Below are positions 12,901 to 23,601 of a stretch of 64,000 bases of DNA, piece after piece. The number at the start of each line of letters is the position of its first letter. Within the stretch, counting starts at the first letter, position 1. Made by a program: the position numbers and the translations under genes. Under the pieces are notes generated by a model. That model saw nothing but the letters and a program-made list of their open reading frames with translations. It had not been told where the DNA came from and searched no databases. The stretch spans positions 1 through 64,000 of the forward strand of contig CT868045.1 in the NCBI GenBank assembly GCA_000165425.1. The letters are read 5' to 3'. The DNA is from Paramecium tetraurelia. Lineage: Eukaryota.

Positions 12901-15900
12901 CATAACTTCTAAAAACAAAAATGCCTATTCCAATTACTCTGGCCTGGATATCTTCAATTCTGGTAAAGCAGTTTCATCATACTAACACAATACATCGAAA
13001 AGGTCGACATTTTTCTAGATACATTTCCTATGCAATTCTTAATCATAAAAACTTAGATCATATTCTTGGGGAATTATTGATTACTGATTCTCTGGCTATC
13101 TGTCATTGCTATCTTTCCATTGGTCTGGACCTTATTTGGGTGGAAACATTTATTGATCGGATGCCTAACTCCATCGTTAATCGATTTTATTGTTATTCTA
13201 CACCCATTGTTATTTTATTTCATTATCACCTTAATTATTTTACTAGTTATAATTAGTATTTTGAGGAGGGTAGACAATAGATTATGATATATTTGATGGA
13301 TTAAAAGAACCCAACATTGGATTTGGAGGATCATTTTAATTCTTAAATTAATTTTATTACTATTGCATATATTATGGTTATTATTGATATCCTTAATTAC
13401 CATAAGACTATTAGAATTACTATGGATTAGGCGATTATTAGAATTGATTTGGTTATTAAAATTATTAAGACTAATATTATTATTATTATAATTATTATTA
13501 TTGCGATTATTAATATGATTATTGCTATTAATATTATTATTAATATTACTAGTTTGGCTATTATTATTATTATTAGTATTGCTAATTTAGTTATTATTAT
13601 TATTAGTATTATTAATTTGGTTATTATTATTATTAATATTATTAATTTGGTTATTATTATTAGTATTACTAATTTGGTTATTGTTAATATCCATTAGGTC
13701 CAGGTGGATAAGGTTATTATTATGGAATTTACTCATACTATAGAGTAATTCGAGTTTATTATTACTTAAATGATAAAATAAATCTAAATTAATCTAATCG
13801 TTCTGCATATTCTTTATCAAAATACCTGAAGAATTAATCTAATTCCAAGATCTTATACTTCTTGAAATAATTCATATACATTGTAAATTATTTGAATTCT
13901 ATGGATTAACTGCCTTAAGATATGATATTAAATAATTCTGAAATTTGTTATTCAAATTATGGATTGCGACCATTCAGCATCACTAACTTCATATCTTCTA
14001 TTTACTATTTTGTTAATTCATTTCTTTTATAAACTTGATACTCAAATTCTGTAAAATTTATTTTTCCATCCTTATCCATATCAAAGATTTCAAACAATTA
14101 CCTTTGCACATCCTATGAACTTGAATATCCGATTGTTCTCAAAAGAAGGTCAGTGAATTCCTCATTAGATATATAATTGTCCCTATCTCTATCGGTTTGT
14201 CTATACAAATAAAGCAAAGTGCATGTTTCCTTTTCCATATATTAAGAAAAAGAAACAACGATCTTGTCAATCTCTTAATTGGTATTGATCACGATAACCT
14301 TTCTACTTTCCTTATACTATGCCAATCCTTTATTAATCAAGTCATTAAGTGCAATATAATCGATATAATCCTATGCATCTTATTCCAAGATTGTCAATAA
14401 CAAATCCCAATCATTATCTGTAATTTGGATTGATTTGTCAGCAATTCCTAATTTTAAACCCTTAAGCTTCACTTTGCCTTTCTTATTAAGATCAAACTCT
14501 TAGGCTATGTCAATAACACTGACATATTTTTATTACAATTGCTCTCTTAACTTAGTTAAGATTGCATCTATTTTATTCTAAGGCGTATCTATATGATGCT
14601 GCTTAGCTTTTTAATAAAGCATCTTATAATTGATTTAATTGCCTTACAATGCACCCAATTAATCGGCAATTCCTTTCATTTCAAGTGTTTGAGGAGTAGG
14701 TCCGTTATTCTTTTTTAATACCGAAAGAATGCTTTCCACATCTAATTTATTGGTGCAATCTTCATCCATTCCCTCAAAATCTCCCAATATGGTTGCTGAT
14801 GACTTAATAAACTTAATAACCTCATTGAACATTCCTCCTGATTATTGTTTGTTATCTTGAGATAGTACTTTTGGCTTTTCCTTAGCAAAAACCTTTGCTT
14901 TGAATTCACTGATACTTATTGAACCATCACCATTGGAATCAAGCAATAGGAATAGGTTATCAATTTATTTATTCTTTATGGAAGGATCAATGTCATGGAT
15001 CAATTTATTAAACTCTTGTCTATCTAAAACATCATTTCCATTTTGATCATAATTATAAAACAGTTAAGCTGTAGCATTTTTACCTGCTGAGATAGTTTGA
15101 TTGAGACCCAATAATAGTTATTCGGCTTCTACACAATCATCTAAAAGTAATTATAACTTTTCATATTACAAAAACTTTTTATCATCAGGTGATTATAAAT
15201 ATGATGCTAAACTTCTAAATTCAGCATAGTCGAATCCAAAATGATTAATAATATCTTGGAATGCGTTAATTAATATCTCCCCTCTACCTCTTTTATCAAA
15301 AATTTGTAAGGTTTAATTATTTTCATTCAAAGCATCTTTGAGTCTGAATACTGATTTCATAATTTAAGGCGTCAATACCTTGGAATCGACAGCACTAGTT
15401 CTTCTAAATTATTATTATGGTTCTTAATATTATTCTTATTAATATTATTATTTTGGTCTATTTTATTGTTAATTCTATTTTGGATTTTCATCATTCTAAT
15501 TAATAATTTTCTATTTAAATTCGTTTAGATTAATTGTATTATCATTATTTGCATCAAATTTATGGAACAGTGTCTCCAATATCTTCTAATCTACATTGCC
15601 TACCAATTATTATAAAAATTCTTAAAACTCCCTCATTTCCAACTTTGTATTTCTATTGGCATCATACTTTCTAAACAATTATTCTGGCTTACTTTATTCG
15701 TATGCCAATTCAGTGTTGAGATCTTGTAGTAATTTATTAGCTGCCTCGTCTAATTTCAAGCCTTGTCTCAATTTATTTAAGGATATGTTTTATTGATCTT
15801 GTTAAATGCAAATTAAAAAATCTTTAAATTTTTCATCTTCTGAATCTATCAACAATTGTTTAACTAAATAATCTTGCAGATGCTTTTTCTTTAAGGTACC

Positions 15901-18348
15901 ATCCCCCAAAGAATCTAAATCTTCAATGTCAGTATAAGTCATTTTCTTTTTTTTCATCATTTTATTAAGTTGCTCAAAAAAGATCACTGCATTATGTTGA
16001 CTAAACCTAATCTAGTCATTTCTTTTATCCTTATAATAAAGAATGGCCTCTATTAGTAAATCAATATCGACAAATGTTCTATCATTGGGTACCAAAAGAT
16101 TATTAATCAATTCCTCCTGTTCAACCTCAAAATCTGCTTTATGCACTTGTAATTAACGCAATTTATCCTTAAATTATTGAATCGACATTCGTTGAAATGT
16201 ACATTTGAAATATTATCTAGGAGTTTCATCCTTCTCTTATAATTCTTTAGAGATGAATTGCAACAGTTTTTTTTAACTATCAAATGATTTAGGATTGAAG
16301 TTAATGGATTTCTGTAATGATAACTCTGGGTCATCGAAATTGCTCTTTCTTTCTTGAACGCTATCTCCTCCGTCAGCCTCTTAAAGTTGTTTCCAATTTT
16401 ACACATGCAATTCTCTTGCCTTTTAAGCAATTGCCTATACAAAACGAGGATATTCAATTTCCTCCTTTACCCCAAAAGTATTTAGCAGGAATTAGAAATC
16501 TGTTTAACGAAGATGATCATTGGATTGTTTGAGAGCATTGAAAAATTAGCTTTAGGATATAATACTACTACTTTTTGTGCTAGATCTAATTAATTAAGGC
16601 AAAGTCATCTATATCCTAAGGAGACCATTGACAAGTTGAGTCAAAATATCTTTCAAATCTTCATTCACATTGGCATCAAAGTACGTTCTCACATTGTCGA
16701 AACTAATCATTTTTTTATTGTCTGGGTCTAGATTAAACAATACTTATTTTAGAATCTCAGGATTGGGTTAATATTTGATCTCGTTGAAAAACTTGTAAAT
16801 ATCATCATATCCCAAATATCCTTTTGATTTGCTATCGTAATGTCGGAAAAATGAAATAAACACATTATACACATCCCTTATGGCTTTATACATCTTTTTT
16901 TTTAAATCATCCACTCCTAATTATTGTTAATTCGTCGATTTGATATCATCGCAAAAGCTTTCATAATAAATGGTATTCTTCTTATTGGGATCATACTTCA
17001 TTTTCAGGAGGGGAATGTCTTCAGGATTTAGGTTTATTCCCTCCTATCTGATTATATTATCGAATTTATCAAAAGGTAGAATTCCCAACTATTCTTAGTC
17101 ACTTGCTTTCAAAATTTCGATCAAATTTATGTTGCTATCTTCTAAATAAGTATTAATGTCTTTTAACATTTCAAATAACTCGTGATCCTATGCCTAACTC
17201 AATTCTCCCAGTTTTACTACTTCTTTCTGTCGTTGAATCCAAGATGAAAGATCAATTTCATCGGTCTTTTGCACATCGTATGTTTGTAATAAAATTGCTT
17301 TTTCTTTAAAACTAATAGATATCTTGAGATCTTCTAAGGCATCCCAGAAATTTGTAGCTTTTATTTTTCTACTGACTGGTTGCAATTGATATTTGGACAA
17401 ATATTAAACAACTGTCTGTTACTTCTATTAGGTGACTTTTTATTTTAATTCATCCAATAACAATTCAGGGTTGGGTTAAAGCAGATTCTCATCATGCTGG
17501 ATGACATTATCACTGAAGAAATCTTAGATTGTGTCTTCCAATTCATGGATTGGAGACCTTGTAGAGGGATTCCTTTCCAACATTCTTTCTATCACATTGT
17601 ATAAATGTTATCCATACAACTTTTTGACTGTCTCTTTGATTTCAATTGCTTTGGCAGAATCTTAAGTATTAGAGTCTCTAAAGATTATCAATTCTTCAAT
17701 GTCTTTTAATGAAGCCATCTAAAGAAAAGTTAAACCCAATTACCAAATATCAACTTTGACTGGATCTCCTCCCAACAAATCTACGGCTGAACTGCCAGAA
17801 GCAAATCTCTAACTTTAATTCTTTTTTATTGCAGCCAAGGATTCAGGTGGCAAATATAATTCGTTATTCTCATTAGAGAATTAAGTGAAGTCTGTTACTA
17901 CACATTCGCTCTCTTCATCCTCGAATAGATTTGATGGTTTGATTCTCCCATGGAAGTATCTCTGATTGTCACCCTTCTTGGATTTATGGATTTTATCAAC
18001 CCAATTCGTGAATTCATTTACGTAAGTTTGCATTTTATTCATTGGGATATACACCCCTTGTCTCTTATGCTATTTGATTAAGTCTGCCATTGAACATTTA
18101 AATTTCTTATAAACCAGACACAGTGCCTGCTTCTCTTCCCAATATCCTTCAGGAATGTAAATGCCTGCTTTAGATAATCGAATTTTCATCTAATCCATTT
18201 CATCCACTAATTCCTTTTAGGTTTTCTTCTAAGGATTGACTAATTTGCATATGAAGAGCTCAGCTCCTTTCTTTTGCATCGAAGTCTTATTGTTAAGTGG
18301 ATAAACGAGTTGAAAGTCTGCTTATTGGAATTTTTTCAATTGTGACAT
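9966..18348 (-). CDS. Giant multidomain protein (~2,776 aa): pseudokinase + many EF-hands + Q/N/Y-rich tract + NPHP1-like C-terminal domain
   Basis: ATG 18348, TGA 9966-9968. Two introns (23 and 29 nt) near the 3' end leave 8331 nt, divisible by 3. Kinase-like HGRIKPSN/YLPPE/KVDIWQLG; EF loops DSNGDGSISISEF, DMDKDGKINFTEF, DANSSGNISINEF, DEDKSGSIDIDEF; NPHP1-like IPIP..RREVGIILMD..AQW..RWIF..LIFEF..ISCAYG..LKGGAP. Confidence 0.9.
13430..13700 (-). repeat. Coding tandem repeat (~27-30 bp unit) encoding PNQQYQQQQQ
   Basis: The + strand unit ttattattattatta(g/a)tatt(g/a)(c/t)taattt(a/g)g is repeated about 4-5 times. The minus strand reads cca aat taa taa tat taa taa taa taa taa. Confidence 0.9.
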
Positions 18349-18357
18349 AATTAATAT

Positions 18358-19620
18358 ATGAAAAAATTTTGTAATTTCATATGTTGTGCTTTGGATTCAG
18401 ATGAGGAGAAGATGGGTGAGGAAAAATAGATTTCAATCAAAAAGGAAGAAAAAACATCCTTGGAGCTTTATGGCAATTTCGAAACCCAAAACTACATGCT
18501 GGTTAGAATGACCTAAAAGAATTTCTTTGTTGATTTTTCTATGAGAAAATCCAAATTAGTAGAGAAGAACCCCTTATCTGTCTTCATATCGTACATAGAC
18601 AACGATGCCAAGTACGAACAGGACGAATCAAGTTATCTGATACCAGAAAAAGTGCTACAATACATTGGCAGAAGAATGAGGGAAGTCAAACCATCATTCA
18701 TAGTTGATGGCCTGTCCAGGAGTGGTATCAATGCAATTTAGTTCTCCTCTGAAACCAACACTTTTGTTTTGGGAAATAACTTTTCGATGTAATAAATTAA
18801 AAATGCTAATCACAATGCAACTATTTGTAATTTAAACATAAGATGCGATTTTCTTCAGACAAATCTACCCAAATTGCCAATCATAGAAAATGATGTCTTT
18901 TTCATCTAACCTGATTATTAAATTATTGATGGAAAATTGACATTAAACAACATTTTCCCTTCAATTTCAGATATTCTAGATTACTATTTAGTGTGGAGTA
19001 AGAATTTAATTCTAGTTTTACCCATCTAAGTTGATCTCCAAGCATTTTGTGAGGTTTTTTGTTAAAATTTGAAGGAGAAAAATTAGGATCAACTGATTTT
19101 TGAAATTCAAAAAATCCAAATCGATGGTGAGCTATATTATTACTTTATTTATTTTGGAGAGATAGCTGCTATCCAAACACAGGATGAATACATGTTAATG
19201 ACTGAAATGACTTTGGAAGATTCCAATCAACAAAATTTATTTGACTCCACTTATATGCTATTAAAGAATATTGGATACACCACGAATCCAAGGGAAATCA
19301 TGAATATCTTACTTTACTCTAGATAGATGTCGTAATTCGAAACTACCTTACAAGTTCTCATCAATCAAGTAATTAAACTTAAGTTTTATATTTCTTAGTT
19401 GCTTATTAAAGGCTTGTCAAATGAATCGACAATCAAATAATTGTTTGGTGATGCCGATGTTTTGTTGTCTTCAACGCCGAAATACAATCAAATCCAAGTT
19501 TAAGAAAATACGTTCGGATAAGATTGCCAGATTAAATAGTGCTACGAGTAGCAACAAACTTAAAAAAATAAAAAAGCCAAGAAATCTCAATTTATTTCAT
19601 TTAATATCCCAAGTGAATGA
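18358..19620 (+). CDS. TGS1-like (trimethylguanosine synthase fold) protein with degenerate active-site motifs
   Basis: Colinear with recalled TGS1 motifs: SYLIPEKVLQYIGRRM (FSVTPEKIAEHIA), IVDGLSRSGINAIQF (VVDAFCGVGGNTIQF), NANHNA, DVFFIQPDY (DVVFLSPPW), SKNLILVLP. Probable 30-nt intron ~19369-19398. Alternative in-frame ATG at 18412. Confidence 0.75.
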
Positions 19621-19686
19621 TGTATATAAATATATTTATTTTATTCATTGCTTAAATCGTTGTAATTAATATATATATAAATTAAG

Positions 19687-20203
19687 ATGAACTATCATCG
19701 ATATCCTTCTCAAAATCAACATTATAAAACCCTCAAAAAATCTAATTTTTATTTCCAATCGTAATAATATTTCCTAATTCCATTAGACTCAAAACTGATA
19801 CACAAATTTAAAACACACAAAATGAGATTTTTACAAATCTTAAAACCATAATTAAATAGAATGAAAGATTATTATCAGAAAATAGTGAAAGTTATCCTAT
19901 TGTGAAAAAAAAAGCAAAATCCTCGAAAAACAACTGTGAATGCTGCATCTATTGAACGAATAAACATAATTAATAAACTAAACTATAAGATTATTTATTT
20001 ACTAATCAAGCTAAGATCTCGAAAATCGAAACTTAGAATTTCTCGAACATTTTAAGATTCCTTTATATTTTTTTCAATTATATTTAAATTTCTTAACCAA
20101 AACTGAGAACGAACACAATTAACCAGATTCAAAATTGTTGAAAAATTGTTCTGAGACCTATCAAGATTACACGGACATTAGTGATAAACATACAAAGTGT
20201 TGA
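19687..20203 (+). CDS. Small hypothetical protein with an apparent frameshift in an A9 run
   Basis: MNYHRYPSQNQHYK..., 26-nt intron gtaataatatttcctaattccattag. The frame continues to TGA 20201-20203 only if one A is removed at 19905-19913. Confidence 0.5.
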
Positions 20204-20890
20204 GATTATATGAATATTTTTATACGTTTATAACAACTTGATTAATATACAAATCAATGAATCAATTATAAATAAGAATTAATCAAAAATTTATATGATT
20301 TATAAGATGATATGGCTAACTGAAAGCTGTTTAAATTAACACTATTGTAAGCATTAATAAAAGTGAAATGAATTAGTATGAATAGCTTACCAATTTAAAT
20401 ACTTCTCCTTGTGTTTTGCCCTTTTTTTAATTAAATAGTTCATTTTTGATAAGATGCATTCGCAATTATCCGCTTGTATACCTTATCTGGTATCAAGAAT
20501 CAGCAAATTTGATGATGCTTGAAGAATTTTAGAGGAGCATTCCATTTTATGTTGATTATTCTTAAATTCCTTTTAGAAGTTGAGTATAGCTACATCGTAT
20601 CAAGAATGCTAATCAGATTGTGGAATGCTTTTTCTTATACAAGGTGAATCATTCATCACTGACATCATATGTATCAAAAGTATTAGTTTGGAATTGGTGA
20701 ATTGAAGTACGGCAGGTTGTTTATGCACAAATGTAAATGATACCTGTTGACTTTTGTTGATTTCTATTGGTAGGTAATAGAGGGGATTATAATTTTATAA
20801 TAAGTAAAGTAATTGAGAAATTAAGATATTTTAGTTATTGATGTATGTATTTATTTCTTTATTTAGAATATAATTAATATAGTAAATTTT

Positions 20891-21999
20891 ATGAACGAGT
20901 CTTAAAGTAAAATATCTCGAAATACTTCATCTTCATATTTTAGTCTTCCTAAAATATAGAAAGTAACAAACACTCCAAAATATCTTGAAGTTAAAGGCTA
21001 CAAAAATTATAAGTATAAGAGTTATATGATGGATTTGATGAAATCAGATAAGAAGTTATAAAAATTGCTGCCTTTTCATCTTTAGAATTTGACAAAAACA
21101 CCGAGAAAGAGGTATGAATTAAATGATTCCACGAAATAAGAATTGTTGCATTTTAGCAAATTGGATAATATCTTTACAGAGGGAGATTTGGAAATAATTA
21201 AATAAGCTACAGTTACTTAAGGAGCAATCAATATTCAAGCCATGTACAGGAAAACTTTAAAATCATACGAGTAGGATTCGTAAAACACCAGGAGAGCTGA
21301 CGAAAGTCAATTATGCGATGAAATAACCATGAATAATAGCATAATCAGCAATATTATTGAGCATCAAAAATAATTGACTACTAATCCAAGAGTGATCAGG
21401 TAATCAAAGAAAGAAATATACAAAGAGATGAACACCATCAAAGAATTCAAGGTTCTAGTTAAAAACACATAGCAATATAAAGATATTTATGATATAAAAG
21501 AATCAGGAAAAAGTATATTAAAATATTAATGCCATAGATCCTTTCATATACCAATTTATCTTAAGGGAATCTTATTTGAGTTTCGCTGAGTTGTCAAGAA
21601 TAATTTAGGATAGAATTTTATTGGCTTTTGACATAAATCCTCACAATGAATAAGAGAAGGTGTATTACAATTAATTTAGATTATTTAAATAGATCGTAAT
21701 TAGCCAGCATTTCAAAGAGCAAACCTTAATAAACTTTTTTATTAAAGTATAATGTCCCTATATAATAGTTCTTCAATCCTCACAATCTACCTGAAATTTC
21801 ATTATAGGATTTTAGGTCAATACTAATTGTGATTCTGTAAAATTCTGAAAATATGGATTAATTGGTAAAATACTTAATAAAAAATATAAAATTATCATAA
21901 TATGTTGAAGATAATCAGATTAAAGACTTATTTGGTATATTTAAGTCTAAAATACTAGATCCAATTAATTTGATCTATTTATTATTAAACAATAATTGA
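20891..21999 (+). CDS. Hypothetical protein with degenerate C-terminal EF-hand-like segment
   Basis: Open code-6 frame MNESQSKISRNTSSSYFSLPKI... with two GTA..TAG introns. Contains FFNPHNLPEISLQDFRSIL; TGA 21997-21999. Confidence 0.8.
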
Positions 22000-22012
22000 T
22001 AATAGAATTAAA

Positions 22013-23535
22013 TCATAAATCAAATATTTCTGTGCCATTCCACAATGGAAGTAAGTTTGAGTTTAATAATATTCTTAAATTATCTTAATAAACGATTCCT
22101 AAATTAAAGTTTTCTTAGCAAGTAATCAGTTACAACAATTGACCTTTGCTCCTCTTGGATTTAATCCTTGGATAGTAGGCTGAACAATCTCCTACAACTG
22201 TGACATAATAGCCAAAACTATCCTGTTACAATAGTACTTCAAATCCCTTGGGTAGTGTTTAGTATTATGATAATTTCAATGGAATTTCATTTGTATAATA
22301 AATCACATCTTCAAATCCATTATTGATAGAGATCCATTTTGTGTTAAAAGTTTAAATAATTGGTTTAATCTAAACCTATTTATCCCCCAGAGATTAAGGA
22401 GTGAAATGTTAATTATACACTAGTTACTTCTGTTTGTTATCATGTTAGTATGCTTTGATTAACAGTTGGAAATTCTTTGTCACTTAAATTACCATATCAG
22501 TTTGCAGGTAGATTCTTTATTCAAATATGGGTGGCTCATCTAGAGTTAATCTAATTGATTTTAAATTTTGATTACTTTGCTGTAACTTAATAACTGATTT
22601 AGTCATCTTAACTCCAAAGTGTAATTCTTTTATTGTTGTAATCAAAGGTGAATTATAATAACTCGGATTCTAGATTGCCATTGTTGATCAATTCATCGAA
22701 TTTTTTAACTTTGTTTATTAATCCTTTGAGTTTCATCACTACTTTATAGAGTCTTAAATTCTGGATTTCTGGAGACACATATGTAATGCATCCAACGCAA
22801 TCCTCTTTCTCAGAGTTCTCTTTAAATTTTGATTCATCAAGTTGTAAGTTAATTTAAAAAGTAATAAGTGAGTGAGCATACAATTCTGTAAATTCCTAAC
22901 CAATCATTGAACTTATGGTCAAACAATTTTGTTGTGTGTGTTATTGAATCATTTCTGGGATTTGCCTAATCAATTCCATGAATTGATCTTGTGATGAATA
23001 TATTTTAAAGGATACCAATTTCCATACTTGCTTAAGATTTCCTGGAGTTTGAGCAAATTAAAGTAATTTTTGGAGTTTTTGTAAAAATACTTCTTTAATT
23101 TAAATATCATCTTCCTCTTAATCTAGTTCTATCAATTTGCTTTTAAGTTATGCTTAAACCCCAGTCAAAGAAGTAATAATTCTTTCATTCTAACTTTTTT
23201 ATATAAAATTGAAGAGATTATCAACAATTTGAATTGCTAGCTATCGAAAACTCATGTGATTCTTGATACTTATATTAATTATAATAGAAATTGTATCCAG
23301 AATTATAGACTCAGATTTCTAGGAAATTATAATGCCATTAATAATTTGAGGAAATGATGCGTCACAAGGTTCCTCTCAAAGAATCCTAGCCTCATATTAT
23401 TAATTTAGTTTAATAGTGATTAATATGGTATTGTTTAATTTGGACCATAAGATATAGTATTGAAAGCATTCTATTACAAATCAAGTTGACGAGGATTTAT
23501 ATAAGGGAAACACCCTACTAAGCTGGAGAGTCATT
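22013..23535 (-). pseudogene. Probable pseudogene or damaged hypothetical gene
   Basis: Long coding frame ending LLPLWNGTEIFDL-TGA (22013-22015). It carries an in-frame TGA at 23376-23378, has no clean start, and includes an intron-like 28-mer (22854-22881) ending AA instead of AG. Confidence 0.65.
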
Positions 23536-23601
23536 TGTGAGTGGTTAATATATATTTGTGAGTATTTAATTGTGTGTGATAGGAGGGAATTTAATATTAA
23601 A

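Noticed and set aside
13449..13697. ORF-track 82-aa poly-Ile membrane-like peptide on the + strand
   Set aside because: Antisense shadow of the (TAA)n polyQ tract in the minus-strand giant gene.
13430..13700. Possible CRISPR-like or non-coding repeat array
   Set aside because: Head-to-tail units with no spacers, in frame within a eukaryotic CDS.
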